Below, in pieces: positions 42,085 through 52,636 of a stretch of 64,000 bases of DNA. The position numbers and the translations under genes were made by a program. A model generated the notes under the pieces. It was not told the DNA's origin. It searched no databases and was given only the letters and a program-made list of their open reading frames with translations. The stretch covers positions 98,485 through 162,484 of the forward strand of contig CACOPA010000003.1 of the NCBI GenBank assembly GCA_902628925.1, given 5' to 3'. Positions within the stretch are counted from its first letter, which is position 1. Each line of letters opens with the position of its first letter. Origin of the DNA: an uncultured SAR86 cluster bacterium. Its GTDB lineage: Bacteria; Pseudomonadota; Gammaproteobacteria; Magnimaribacterales; D2472.

Positions 42085-44169
42085 ATGAAGAATCAACTTC
42101 TTGTCCTGCCATTATTGTTTTTAATTTTCAGCTGCAGCGAGACGGTTGATTCAAAAAATCCACTAGTTGATTTTAACGCCAGTCCAAATGAGTGGTTATT
42201 GCATGGGAGAACTTATGCGGAAGAAAGGCACAGCCCATTGGATCAAATTAATACTTCTAACGTAGATCAGATTGGATTATCTTGGTCTTTTGAGACCGGC
42301 ACAAATAGGGGTCATGAAACTACTCCAATTGTAAAAGATGGAGTCATGTTTATAACAGCGCCATGGAGTGTAGTGCATGCACTGGATGCAAAAACGGGTG
42401 ATTTGCTTTGGACTCATGATCCACAGGTTGAACGTGCATGGGCAAATAATGCTTGCTGCGATGTCGTTAATAGAGGCGTAGCTCTTTATGAAAACTCTAT
42501 CTTTTTTGGGACGATAGATGGCAGATTAATTTCATTAGATAAAGATACTGGCAACGAAAATTGGAGCATTTTAACAATAGATAAATCATGGCCATATACG
42601 ATCACTGGAGCTCCTAGAATTGTTAAGGGTAATGTGATAATTGGAAACGGTGGTGGTGAGTTTGGAGTAAGAGGCTATGTTACTGCCTATGATGTAGATA
42701 CTGGTGATGAATTGTGGAGATTTTATACTGTTCCAGGCAATCCTAATGAGCCTTTTGAATCTCCTGAAATGGAGATAGCTGCCAAAACCTGGTCTGGTGG
42801 AAAATGGTGGGAGTACGGCGGTGGAGGAACTGTTTGGGATTCTATGGCTTATGATCCAGTTCTAGATACTTTATATATTGGTACGGGCAATGGTTCGCCA
42901 TGGAATAGATATGTCAGAAGTCCTGGAGGAGGGGATAATTTATACCTTTCATCCATTGTAGCCCTCGATCCTGATACGGGAGATTATAAGTGGCATTATC
43001 AGACCACGCCCGGAGATTCTTGGGACTACACTGCCACTCAACACATGATCCTTGCCGATCTTGAGATTAATGGCCAAATCCGAAAAGTAATCATGCAGGC
43101 TCCAAAAAACGGTTTCTTTTATGTGATTGATCGAACGAATGGAGAATTAATATCAGCTGAAAATTATGTGCCAATTAACTGGGCAACTCATGTTGATATG
43201 GAGACAGGAAGACCGGTTGAAAATCCTGCAAACAATTATTTTAATACCCCAGCATTAACAACTCCTGGTCCACTTGGCGGTCATAATTGGCAACCCATGG
43301 CTTTTAATCCTGATACTGGGCTTGTTTACATTCCAGCTCAAGAAATGCTTTTTGTTTACAGTCATGATAAAGACTTTGAATATAATCGAAAGACATGGAA
43401 TACAGGTCAACAGGTTGAAATGACTTATTTACCTAAAAATCCAGATGAGTTGGCTATGGTTGATAAAGCTACAGTTGGATATTTACTGGCGTGGGATCCA
43501 ATTGCTCAAGAAGAAGTTTGGCGTGAGCAATATCAAAGACCTTGGAGTGGAGGACTTTTATCAACTGCTGGAGACTTGGTACTTCAAGGGACGTCTGATG
43601 GAAGATTTATTGCTTTTGATGCTGCCTCTGGAGAAATATTGTGGAGTGTTGATACTGGTCAAGGAATCATTGCTCCCCCGATCACGTACATGATTGATGA
43701 GGAGCAATATATTGCCATTCAAGTTGGTTATGGAGGAGCTTATGCCTTAGCGGGAGCATTTCCATCTGCAAATAAAAATCCAGCACAGAATGGTCGCATG
43801 CTGGTTTTTAAATTAGGTGGAGAGGAGATGAGTCCGCCAGTTCAATCCATTGCAAGAGTTAATCCAGTAGTACCCTCAATGACAACAGATGCGCTCACTA
43901 TTGCCCGAGGCGAGTATGAATATCATGAACATTGCCAGTTTTGTCATGGTGCAGGAGTTATTGGAGGTGGAGTTATTCCTGACTTAAGGTATCTAGATGA
44001 AGTTGGCCACAAAACTTTCTTGGGAGTTATCTTGGGAGGAATGCATTCAGAAAAAGGAATGGCATCATTTAAAGACGTCCTAAGTCTCGAGCAGGCAAAC
44101 CAAATTCAAGCTTACATCATTTCACGGGCAAAACTAACCGGGGTAACACAAGAGGCTGCTGAGGATTAA
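42085..44169 (+). CDS. PQQ-dependent quinohemoprotein alcohol dehydrogenase (lipoprotein signal)
   Basis: Repeated W-motif propeller sequence (LWTHDP, NACCDVVNRG with the adjacent Cys-Cys pair, GGGTVWDS). C-terminal cytochrome c domain CQFCHG. The signal peptide ends LIFSC (lipobox). Confidence 0.9.
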   Translation: MKNQLLVLPLLFLIFSCSETVDSKNPLVDFNASPNEWLLHGRTYAEERHSPLDQINTSNVDQIGLSWSFETGTNRGHETTPIVKDGVMFITAPWSVVHALDAKTGDLLWTHDPQVERAWANNACCDVVNRGVALYENSIFFGTIDGRLISLDKDTGNENWSILTIDKSWPYTITGAPRIVKGNVIIGNGGGEFGVRGYVTAYDVDTGDELWRFYTVPGNPNEPFESPEMEIAAKTWSGGKWWEYGGGGTVWDSMAYDPVLDTLYIGTGNGSPWNRYVRSPGGGDNLYLSSIVALDPDTGDYKWHYQTTPGDSWDYTATQHMILADLEINGQIRKVIMQAPKNGFFYVIDRTNGELISAENYVPINWATHVDMETGRPVENPANNYFNTPALTTPGPLGGHNWQPMAFNPDTGLVYIPAQEMLFVYSHDKDFEYNRKTWNTGQQVEMTYLPKNPDELAMVDKATVGYLLAWDPIAQEEVWREQYQRPWSGGLLSTAGDLVLQGTSDGRFIAFDAASGEILWSVDTGQGIIAPPITYMIDEEQYIAIQVGYGGAYALAGAFPSANKNPAQNGRMLVFKLGGEEMSPPVQSIARVNPVVPSMTTDALTIARGEYEYHEHCQFCHGAGVIGGGVIPDLRYLDEVGHKTFLGVILGGMHSEKGMASFKDVLSLEQANQIQAYIISRAKLTGVTQEAAED

Positions 44170-44176
44170 CATTAAT

Positions 44177-44572
44177 TTATAATTCAGAGCTAAAGCTTTC
44201 TAAGTACTTTACAAACTCTGTATCAGGAATATTTCTTGAATCTCTCCAATGGTCATTGGTATCTAAATTTAAGAGTGCCCCACTTTTACTTACCAAAAAA
44301 ACTCTAGGTATGCCTTCAATTGCGTCCAGACCAAAAGATTTATAAATTTCCATATTGATTGAATATTTTTCAACATCTATGAAGTAGGTAATAAACTGAT
44401 TATCAAGGATTTTTTTTACGTTTCTATCGTTAAGTTTTTGCAGTAAATTCATAGCATCCGGGCACCAATTTGCGCCGAAAACAAATAATTTATTTGAATT
44501 TTTATCTGCAATGAGTTCTTCAATAACTTGAGGATTTTCGATTCTTCCACTAAATTGGTTATTCATAAGCAC
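44177..44572 (-). CDS. Thioredoxin-fold protein (single-Cys WCPDA motif)
   Basis: 131 aa. LFVFGANWCPDA sits at the thioredoxin active-site position but has only one Cys. Confidence 0.6.
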   Translation of the reverse strand: MLMNNQFSGRIENPQVIEELIADKNSNKLFVFGANWCPDAMNLLQKLNDRNVKKILDNQFITYFIDVEKYSINMEIYKSFGLDAIEGIPRVFLVSKSGALLNLDTNDHWRDSRNIPDTEFVKYLESFSSEL

Positions 44573-44616
44573 AATTTCACTGTAAAAAGTATTATTTTAC
44601 AAGAGTGGTTTGAATT

Positions 44617-45009
44617 ATGGATAGGCTTACAAACATTTTTATAATCGCTGCCTCCATTTGGATTGGGGTCCAGGCAATTGGTTTAATTTTCTTCTATGAT
44701 TCTTTTGATGTGCCTTACTTCGCGGTTGGCATTGATCCTGAACTGCTCGATGAATTTAGGCATAGAACCGTTATGCCAGCTTTTTATCTTACTATGCTGT
44801 ATTTTGTTGTCAGGTATTTTTCTGGAAGAAATCCCACCTCGCCAATTTGGCCAATCTTCGTTTCATACAGTGCATGGACATTAACATTATTTATTTCATT
44901 TTTTACTATGGGGATTCATACAATTAGTGTAGTCTTCTTTATAATCACTACCCTAGGTATACTGCTTGTGAGAAGGGCTCACAATAAGCGTAAAAATGAA
45001 ATTTTTTAG
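44617..45009 (+). CDS. Hypothetical integral membrane protein
   Basis: 130 aa with 4 hydrophobic helices. Confidence 0.6.
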   Translation: MDRLTNIFIIAASIWIGVQAIGLIFFYDSFDVPYFAVGIDPELLDEFRHRTVMPAFYLTMLYFVVRYFSGRNPTSPIWPIFVSYSAWTLTLFISFFTMGIHTISVVFFIITTLGILLVRRAHNKRKNEIF

Positions 45010-45012
45010 ATA

Positions 45013-45474
45013 ATGATCTGGCTTTTAAGAATTTACTTATTTTTATATTTTATTCTTTATTTTGGATTAGGAGCTTGGGCTGTTATTGAACCTGTTAGAG
45101 AAATTTTAGAATTTGATATCCCTTCTTTTATGTTGGCTGTTGGTCTTAGCGTATCAGCACCAATAGGCTATTCTGAGGTAGCAGGATTGTACGGGGGAAT
45201 AAACTTGATGGTTGGAATATTTTGTTTGCTTGGGCTTTTTAGTAAATATTTAGCCAATAAAGCACTATTTATACTAGCCTTTTTAACCTTCTCAATTGCA
45301 GCCGGCCGTTATCTTTTATCTTTGATACCTACAGCACCAGGTTTTTTAAATAGCTTTTTTATTTTTGAAGTAGCAACTTTTTTTATATCAATATTTTTTA
45401 TGATCTATTTGAGGACCTTAAATCAGCCCGCTCAGAAGCATGATGTAGGCGATGTAGCTACTAACGAAAGTTAA
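45013..45474 (+). CDS. Hypothetical integral membrane protein
   Basis: 153 aa with 4 hydrophobic helices. The last 57 nt overlap the convergent antiporter gene. Confidence 0.55.
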   Translation: MIWLLRIYLFLYFILYFGLGAWAVIEPVREILEFDIPSFMLAVGLSVSAPIGYSEVAGLYGGINLMVGIFCLLGLFSKYLANKALFILAFLTFSIAAGRYLLSLIPTAPGFLNSFFIFEVATFFISIFFMIYLRTLNQPAQKHDVGDVATNES

Positions 45475-46362
45475 ACCAAAGAATTTCATTACCCATCCCT
45501 TAAAGGAAGAAAATTTAAACACTATAATTGCTGCTAGAAACGTAGTACTCAGAAGAGCTAAAACCAGAAAATCTCTAACAAAGACCGTATCTTCGAGGGT
45601 TAAAGTAGAAAAGAATCCAATCATTGGAACCACAAACACTAGATTGAATATATTTGAACCTATGATGTTACCCACAACCATCTGCGCTTTCTTTTTTACT
45701 AAAGCAGCAACACTTGCAGCTAACTCTGGAAGGCTTGTACCTAGGGCAAGGATTGTTAAGCCAATAATCATTTCAGGGACTCCTAGAATTACAGCAATAT
45801 TCTCGGCATGTGTAACAGAAAGATGTGATCCAAAAATTAATCCAATTAATCCAATTGACAGCCAAAAGATATCCTTAAATATGCTGCTGGTCTGATTTTG
45901 AATATTTTTTTCATTAAAGTCATTGGATTTGAAAAGGGTGAAAAGGAAAAGACCTAATATCCCAATGAAAACAATTGCTTCGATATGATTTATTTTTCCA
46001 TTAAATAAAGCAATTCCTAACCATACAACTGAAATCACAAATGGCAGAAGGTTGATCAGAGAGTCAGTAATTTTTTTTCTTAGAGAAAAGCAAGCGATGC
46101 CAAATATTAAAGCAATATTTGAAATATTTGATCCCATGACTGTGCCAAGCGATAAAGCTGCACTTTCATTAAAAATACCTGAGATACCAATGAAGATCTC
46201 AGGAGCTGAGGTACCAAATGCAACCAGAGTCAATCCAATGATTAAATCGCTGACTCCAATTCTTTTGGCAATGATTGATGATTGAGCCACAAATCTATCA
46301 GCACCCCAAATAAGAATAGCCAATCCAAAACAAAGAATAAGAAAATTATGCAGTAACAACAT
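45418..46362 (-). CDS. Ca2+/Na+ antiporter, CaCA family (YrbG-like)
   Basis: Two alpha-repeats, GTSAPE and GTSLPELA. About 10 TM helices, 314 aa. Confidence 0.9.
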   Translation of the reverse strand: MLLLHNFLILCFGLAILIWGADRFVAQSSIIAKRIGVSDLIIGLTLVAFGTSAPEIFIGISGIFNESAALSLGTVMGSNISNIALIFGIACFSLRKKITDSLINLLPFVISVVWLGIALFNGKINHIEAIVFIGILGLFLFTLFKSNDFNEKNIQNQTSSIFKDIFWLSIGLIGLIFGSHLSVTHAENIAVILGVPEMIIGLTILALGTSLPELAASVAALVKKKAQMVVGNIIGSNIFNLVFVVPMIGFFSTLTLEDTVFVRDFLVLALLSTTFLAAIIVFKFSSFKGWVMKFFGLTFVSSYIAYIMLLSGLI

Positions 46363-46430
46363 CTGAGCATTTTAATTGCAAATACAAAGAATTAATATTA
46401 GATTCAACAGGAAACAAAATAAGGAACACG

Positions 46431-47234
46431 ATGAAGTTAAATCAATTATTTAATATTAATGGCAAAACAGCCATTGTCACCGGTGGATCAAGAGGCATAG
46501 GTGAGATGATTACGGCTGGCTTTTTGGCTAATGGGGTTAAAGTTTATATAACTGCTAGAAAAGCAGGACCATTAATTGATAAGGCTAAAGAGCTCTCTGA
46601 TCAATACGGAAAAGAGTGTATTGCGATACCTTCAGATTTAAGTTCTCATGGTGGCATTGTTGAGTTTGCAGATGAATTAAAAACCAGAGAATCTTCAGTA
46701 GATTTTTTAATTAATAATGCTGGCGCTGCATGGGCAGAACCTCTGGACACATTTTCTGAGGAAGGTTGGGATCGTGTGATGAATTTGAATGTAAAAAGCT
46801 TATTTTTTGTTACTCAACAACTCTTACCGCTTCTCAGGGTTAATGCCGATAATGAGGACCCTTCAAGAATTATCAATGTGGGATCAATTGATGGCATTAA
46901 TACCCCAGTATTTGAAACTTATCCCTATGGACCTTCAAAAGCAGCAGTGCATCATTTAACAAGAGTGCTCTCAGCAAAACTAGTAAAGGAAGATATCATT
47001 GTGAATGCAATTGCTCCAGGTCCGTTTCCAAGCAATATGCTTGGGCCTGCAGTAGGCCACGATTATTCAGGCATTGCGAAAGCAAACCCAAGAAGTAGAG
47101 TAGGTACGCCAGAGGATATTGCTGGATTAACAATATTTTTGTGTTCCAGAGCAGGAGCTTTTACCGTTGGCGAAACTATTACTTGCGACGGAGGATTGGT
47201 TGCAAGATCAGGTCATGATTTAAGCGGCGGATGA
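46431..47234 (+). CDS. SDR family oxidoreductase (RhlG/FabG-like)
   Basis: AIVTGGSRGIGEMI, NNAG, and YGPSKAA (YxxxK). Confidence 0.9.
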   Translation: MKLNQLFNINGKTAIVTGGSRGIGEMITAGFLANGVKVYITARKAGPLIDKAKELSDQYGKECIAIPSDLSSHGGIVEFADELKTRESSVDFLINNAGAAWAEPLDTFSEEGWDRVMNLNVKSLFFVTQQLLPLLRVNADNEDPSRIINVGSIDGINTPVFETYPYGPSKAAVHHLTRVLSAKLVKEDIIVNAIAPGPFPSNMLGPAVGHDYSGIAKANPRSRVGTPEDIAGLTIFLCSRAGAFTVGETITCDGGLVARSGHDLSGG

Positions 47235-47848
47235 GTATTTACGAAACATACATTCTCCCTAAGTTTCTTGATTGCGTTTGCTCACAAGAAGGATTTCAAA
47301 ATAAGCGCGCACAGATATTCCCTCATGCATCAGGAGAGGTATTAGAGATAGGCGTCGGCACTGGTTTAAATTTTGAGTTTTACGATTTTGATAAAGTTAC
47401 CTCAGTTAAAGGTGTTGATCCATCAATGAGTTCTCTAGAAATTGCAAAAAGAAGAATCATCGATATGAATATTCCTGTTGAAGTGATGGAAGGCTCTGCT
47501 GAAGAAATTACTTTTGAAGATAATACCTTCGATTCAGTTGTTGTGGGCTACAGCTTATGCACTATTCCTGATCCGATAAAAGCACTCAAAGAAATTAAAA
47601 GAGTTCTTAAACCCAACGGCAAGTTATTTTTTACAGAGCACGGTATTTCTCCAGATGAGTCAGTGCGCAGATGGCAACACAGAATAAACCCTATATGGAG
47701 TAAATTGGCAGGGGGCTGCAATATAAATCGCAATACCGAAGATATGATTTTAAGGTCAGGTTTTAAGTTTGATCAATTGCAAAAGAAATATATAAAAGGA
47801 CCCAAAATAGCCTGTTTTAATTATTACGGTATTGCTGGAAAAAATTAA
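47231..47848 (+). CDS. Class I SAM-dependent methyltransferase
   Basis: Motif I VLEIGVGTGLN, with post-I and motif II-like segments. 205 aa. Confidence 0.85.
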   Translation: MSIYETYILPKFLDCVCSQEGFQNKRAQIFPHASGEVLEIGVGTGLNFEFYDFDKVTSVKGVDPSMSSLEIAKRRIIDMNIPVEVMEGSAEEITFEDNTFDSVVVGYSLCTIPDPIKALKEIKRVLKPNGKLFFTEHGISPDESVRRWQHRINPIWSKLAGGCNINRNTEDMILRSGFKFDQLQKKYIKGPKIACFNYYGIAGKN

Positions 47849-48750
47849 CTTGTTTTTGAGGCATCAAAAGCTTCAGTGATTAGCTCTCTCATCCATATGT
47901 GAGAACCATCATTGTCATCACTGCTATGCCAGATTAGATATTGTTCAACTGGTGGAACATCTAATGGAAGTTCCTCGAATTGAAGTCCATGTTTTTTAGC
48001 AAAACTTTGCGAGCACACCAATACTAAATCAGTTGATCGAACAATCTCTGGGGTCACTAGAAAGTGTTGTGCTCGAAGTGCAACTTCTCGTTGCAGTTGA
48101 ATTTTGGATAATTCTAGATCAATTAAAGCCGGCCCACGTTTTCGATTGGATATATTTATAAATTTTTGAGCAAGTAACGCGTCCATATCAAAATTAGGCA
48201 GTTTTGTGAGTGGATGGTTGGCTCTGTGCGCACAAACAAATCTATCTTCAAAGACTTTTTTTGAAAGCACATCTTTTGATCTAGGAATCACGGGATCAAT
48301 TGCAAAGTTGAGTTCGTTGGTTGCGAGCGCATGAACTAAATCTTCACGTGTTGTGAAAAAACTTTCAATTGCAATTTTTGGAGCAGTTTTATTAATTTTT
48401 TCCAATAAAAAAGGCAATATCCTACCTTCAGAAATATCGCCAAGAGAAATTCTAAAAGTGCGTTGAGAAGTATTTGGATCAAACTCATCAGGCTCATTAA
48501 CACTCTTTTGCATCAGACTCAAGGCATGCTGAACATCATTGATCATGTGCTCGGTTTTATGCGTTGGAACCATCCCTGTTCCAGTTCTAACAAACAAGTC
48601 ATCATTAAATCTTTCTCTAAGTCTAGCAAGTGCATTTGAAACCGCAGGTTGTGTGATTCCAACAACCTCTGCTGCCTTGGTCAAACTTCCCTCTGTATAA
48701 ATAGCATTCATGATCACAAAAAGGTTTAAATCAAAGGAGCTAATTTTCAT
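47845..48750 (-). CDS. LysR family transcriptional regulator
   Basis: N-terminal wHTH (FVIMNAIYTEGSLTKAAEVVGITQPAVSNALARLRERF) plus a ~200-aa effector domain. Confidence 0.9.
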   Translation of the reverse strand: MKISSFDLNLFVIMNAIYTEGSLTKAAEVVGITQPAVSNALARLRERFNDDLFVRTGTGMVPTHKTEHMINDVQHALSLMQKSVNEPDEFDPNTSQRTFRISLGDISEGRILPFLLEKINKTAPKIAIESFFTTREDLVHALATNELNFAIDPVIPRSKDVLSKKVFEDRFVCAHRANHPLTKLPNFDMDALLAQKFINISNRKRGPALIDLELSKIQLQREVALRAQHFLVTPEIVRSTDLVLVCSQSFAKKHGLQFEELPLDVPPVEQYLIWHSSDDNDGSHIWMRELITEAFDASKTS

Positions 48751-48896
48751 TTTGGGCTTGTGTTAGGGATTAATTATAGGGACTATGTTATTCATCAAAC
48801 TTATAAAGCTATCTTAGCAATTTGTATAATATAAATAAAGGATTGTTAGGGTCTAAATATAGTGACATACTAAGTGCCAATACTTCCTTAAATACC

Positions 48897-49826
48897 ATGA
48901 ATAGAGTAACTCAGATCCTAGGATCTAAATATCCAATCATTCAAGCTCCCATGGGGTGGATTGCAAGAAGTAAGCTTGCTTCAGCAGTATCGAATGCTGG
49001 TGGATTTGGCATTATTGAAACCTCTTCAGGCGAAGTTGAAAACTGCAAAAATGAAATCATGGCAATGGCAGACTTAACAGATAAGCCTTTTGGAGTAAAT
49101 TTACCACTTCTTTTTTTAAAAGATGAATCCATGATTGATGTTGTTTTAAATGCTGGTATTAAGTTTGTTACCACTTCTGCAGGCGATCCAGCAAAGTACA
49201 TTCATATCCTCAAAGATGCAGGGATTAAAGTCTTTCATGCTGTACCTAATGTCGCAGGAGCAAAGAAAGCCGTCGATGCTGGTGTTGATGGATTGGTTGT
49301 AGAGGGAACCGAAGGCGGTGGTTTTAAGAGTCCTGAAGAAGTTGGTCTGTTTGTATTAATTCAAGCCATAAGAAACATCACTGATCTGCCCATTGTTGCT
49401 GCTGGAGGGATTGTGGATGGACGTGGAATGGCAGCTGCATTTGCAGCAGGTGCAGAAGGCATTCAAATGGGTACTCGATTTGTTTCCTGCAAGGAAAGCC
49501 CAGTGCATGAAAATTTTAAAAACTACATCATCGATTCTGACGAGCAGGGCACTTGGATATTAAATAAAAAGGGGAAGCCTTGTATTCGAGCACTGAAAAC
49601 AGATTACACCCAGCCTATCTATGAATCAGGTGAGATGGATATGAGTGCAATGATGAATATTCAGGATTTATATTTTGGAGGTAACATGAATGCAGCGCCT
49701 GCGCTTTCAGGCCAATCAGTTGGATTAATTAGCAGTATGAAGCCTGTAAAAGAAATCATTTCTGAAACCATCAAAGAATTTAATGAAATTTGTTCATCCA
49801 TGAGCCAACAAGCCTTTGATGAATGA
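48897..49826 (+). CDS. Nitronate monooxygenase / FMN-dependent oxidoreductase
   Basis: YPIIQAPMGWIARSKLASAVSNAGGFG and GGIVDGRGMAAAFAAGAEGIQMGTRF. ATG 48897 is preferred over the upstream TTG 48822. Confidence 0.85.
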   Translation: MNRVTQILGSKYPIIQAPMGWIARSKLASAVSNAGGFGIIETSSGEVENCKNEIMAMADLTDKPFGVNLPLLFLKDESMIDVVLNAGIKFVTTSAGDPAKYIHILKDAGIKVFHAVPNVAGAKKAVDAGVDGLVVEGTEGGGFKSPEEVGLFVLIQAIRNITDLPIVAAGGIVDGRGMAAAFAAGAEGIQMGTRFVSCKESPVHENFKNYIIDSDEQGTWILNKKGKPCIRALKTDYTQPIYESGEMDMSAMMNIQDLYFGGNMNAAPALSGQSVGLISSMKPVKEIISETIKEFNEICSSMSQQAFDE

Positions 49827-49853
49827 TATTATTACTATAACCAGGAAAAAAAA

Positions 49854-51104
49854 ATGAAATTTGAACTTAGCAAAAAAACCCAATCTTTATTGGATCAAGT
49901 TACTGAATTTATTAACAAGGAAATCATTCCTCATGAATCTCTCTATGAACAGCAGGTAGAAGAGGGTGGTAGATGGTGCGTGCCGCCCATCATTGAAGAA
50001 ATGAAAGGGAATGCAAAAAAAGCTGGACTGTGGAATCTCTTTCTTCCTGAAAGTGAGCTTGGAGCCGGGCTTACTAATTTTGAGTATGCACATTTAGCAG
50101 AACAAATGGGTAGATCGGGAATTGCTTCCGAAGTTTTTAATTGCTCAGCACCTGATACAGGCAATATGGAAGTTTTGGTTAGATACGGAAGTGATGCTCA
50201 AAAAGATGAGTGGTTAACGCCTTTATTAAACGGAGAGATCAGATCAGCATTTGGCATGACTGAGCCAGGCGTTGCTTCATCCGACGCAACCAATATGGCG
50301 GCCACTGCAGTGCTTGATGGGGACGAGTATGTGATTAATGGTGAAAAGTGGTGGACCTCAGGTGCTGGTGATCCAAGATGCAAGATCATTATTTTCATGT
50401 GTGTCACCGATCAAGATCCTGATTCACCAAGACATAAGCGACATTCAATGATATTGGTACCTTCAGACACTCCAGGCATTGAAACTCGTAAAATGATGCA
50501 TGTCTTTGGATGGGACGATGCTCCTCATGGTCATGCGCATCTCAAGTTTGATAATGTTAGGGTCCCTAAAGAAAACATGATTTTAGGTGAAGGTAGGGGT
50601 TTTGAAATAGCCCAAGGCAGGCTAGGGCCAGGTAGAATTCATCATTGCATGAGAGCAATAGGTATGGGTGAGAGAGTAATTGAGATGATGTGTCGACGTG
50701 GTCAAACCCGTGTTGCATTTGGCAAACCCATCGCCCAACTCGGTGGAAACTTTGATGTCATAGCTGATTCAAGAATTGAGTTGAATATGGCTCGATTATT
50801 AACTCTTCAAGCTGCCCATATGATGGATACCGTAGGCAATAAGGTTGCAGCCAGTGAAATCGCCCAAATTAAAGTGGCGGTTCCTAATATTGTTTGCAAG
50901 ATCATTGATCGTGCAATTCAAATTCATGGCGGAGCTGGAGTTTCTCAAGTCTTTCCACTTTCAAGAATGTATGCTGGGATGAGAACCCTTCGCTTAGCTG
51001 ATGGACCGGATGAAGTTCACAGAAGAGCGGTGGCTCGATATGAGCTTGGTAAACATGCAGTTCAAGATGGTCAGGTAGAATCATCTGAAATTTCTAGAAG
51101 TTAA
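49854..51104 (+). CDS. Acyl-CoA dehydrogenase (ACAD10/11-, FadE2-like)
   Basis: 416 aa. [24 protein letters not shown], and a C-terminal IHGGAGVS...[11 protein letters not shown]. Confidence 0.9.
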   Translation: MKFELSKKTQSLLDQVTEFINKEIIPHESLYEQQVEEGGRWCVPPIIEEMKGNAKKAGLWNLFLPESELGAGLTNFEYAHLAEQMGRSGIASEVFNCSAPDTGNMEVLVRYGSDAQKDEWLTPLLNGEIRSAFGMTEPGVASSDATNMAATAVLDGDEYVINGEKWWTSGAGDPRCKIIIFMCVTDQDPDSPRHKRHSMILVPSDTPGIETRKMMHVFGWDDAPHGHAHLKFDNVRVPKENMILGEGRGFEIAQGRLGPGRIHHCMRAIGMGERVIEMMCRRGQTRVAFGKPIAQLGGNFDVIADSRIELNMARLLTLQAAHMMDTVGNKVAASEIAQIKVAVPNIVCKIIDRAIQIHGGAGVSQVFPLSRMYAGMRTLRLADGPDEVHRRAVARYELGKHAVQDGQVESSEISRS

Positions 51105-51115
51105 GCGATAGAGCA

Positions 51116-52498
51116 TTGTCAGCAAATCTGATCTTTTACGATACGGAGACCTCGGGGATTCAGAAAGATTTTTCTCAGATTTTGCAGTGCGGCTCAATTC
51201 AAACCAATCGCAATTTTGGAGAATTAGCGCAACAAAATATTGGGTGCAGACCACTTCCATGGGTTAATCCTCAACCTAAAGCTATGCTCACTAATAAAAA
51301 AATTGAGTTATTTAAATCAAATACTTCGCATTATCAAATGATGAGCGACTTGCATCGTCAGTGGCGTGAGTGGACTGTAGACGGACCAGGTACTTTTGTG
51401 ACCTATAATGGTCATGCTTTCGATGAAGAATTGATTCGAAGACAATTTTATTGGAACCTGTTAGACATTTATCTAACTAATACCAACGGCAACGGCAGGC
51501 TTGATCTTTTCTTAATGATGCAAAACCTTGCGTGTTATTTTAAAAATGTAATTGAAATACCTTTATACGATGGTGGCCCCGGTATCAGTTTAAAGCTTGA
51601 AGATCTAGCAGCTGCAAACAACATTATTAATGATGATGCGCATGATGCAATAGCTGACTGTAGGTTGATGTTACAGCTCCTTAAAATTATTGACGCCCAA
51701 AAACCTGAGTGGATAGATTTTTTTATCTCAACTGCAACAAAATCTGGCATGCAGGCTGCCATTAATTGCAAAACCTTTCTTGCATTGGGAGAAGTATATC
51801 GTCGCGAACGCTTTAGATATCCTGTGGTTATTTGCGGAGCAGATGCTACTCGACCTAATGAAATTGTTTTTTTTGATCTAAGTTTTGATCCCGAAGAGAT
51901 TTTCTCTCTAGAAGCCTCGGATATTTTTAGCATGGTACATAAAGGAGGACGTGATGGACCGCTTAAAAAATATAAAATTAATAAAACCATTCCCGTATGC
52001 CCTCAAGAAATGATTGAAGATAATGCTATATTTGATATGGACATTAATGTTCTTATTAAAAGAGCTGAGCTTGTTAGAAATAATACTGACTTTCACACGC
52101 TGGTCAGCGACGCGATGGCAGATCGTATTTTTAATTTCAAAGAACCTGAACATATTGAACAGCTCATTTATTCAGGTGGCTTTCCAAAACCCTCCGATAA
52201 GGAGCTAATGGATGATTTTCACCGTATTGAAGAGTCATCCTATCGAATAAAGATAGCTAGAAATATAGAGGATAAGCGTTTTAGGCTCTTTGCTGAGAGG
52301 TTGGTCTGTCAAATGTATCCGTCAGAGGTACCAGAAGACATGCAAAAAAGGTATGAGAACTTTTTAAATCAGCGTTTGAATGAGGAGGGGCCCTGGGGCT
52401 CAACTGAAAAAATCCTTGCAGAAATAGAAAAATTGAAAGATTCAGAGGACCAAATCATCTTGAATGCAACCGAATCCTTCATCAAACAAAGAAATTAA
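51116..52498 (+). CDS. sbcB: Exodeoxyribonuclease I
   Basis: DEDDh exonuclease motifs IFYDTETSG, YNGHAFDEE and AHDAIADC. The size and tail resemble SbcB. TTG start. Confidence 0.8.
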   Translation: MSANLIFYDTETSGIQKDFSQILQCGSIQTNRNFGELAQQNIGCRPLPWVNPQPKAMLTNKKIELFKSNTSHYQMMSDLHRQWREWTVDGPGTFVTYNGHAFDEELIRRQFYWNLLDIYLTNTNGNGRLDLFLMMQNLACYFKNVIEIPLYDGGPGISLKLEDLAAANNIINDDAHDAIADCRLMLQLLKIIDAQKPEWIDFFISTATKSGMQAAINCKTFLALGEVYRRERFRYPVVICGADATRPNEIVFFDLSFDPEEIFSLEASDIFSMVHKGGRDGPLKKYKINKTIPVCPQEMIEDNAIFDMDINVLIKRAELVRNNTDFHTLVSDAMADRIFNFKEPEHIEQLIYSGGFPKPSDKELMDDFHRIEESSYRIKIARNIEDKRFRLFAERLVCQMYPSEVPEDMQKRYENFLNQRLNEEGPWGSTEKILAEIEKLKDSEDQIILNATESFIKQRN

Positions 52499-52636
52499 TC
52501 AAAAAAATGTTTTAAATTTACTTAAATTTACAAGAATTGCTTTTGTTTTTAGTCAGAAATTGTTAATCTATGTACCCCTTTTTGAGGAAACTTACAAAAA
52601 GTCATGAAAATATTAAATTTTTTTAAGAGGATATTT

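Noticed and set aside
45418-45474. A 57-bp convergent overlap between a small membrane-protein gene and the CaCA antiporter gene, considered as an antisense regulatory arrangement.
   Set aside because: It is more likely that the hydrophilic tail of the 153-aa ORF is a read-on past its true functional end, or simply tolerated overlap in a compact genome. There is no supporting structure.
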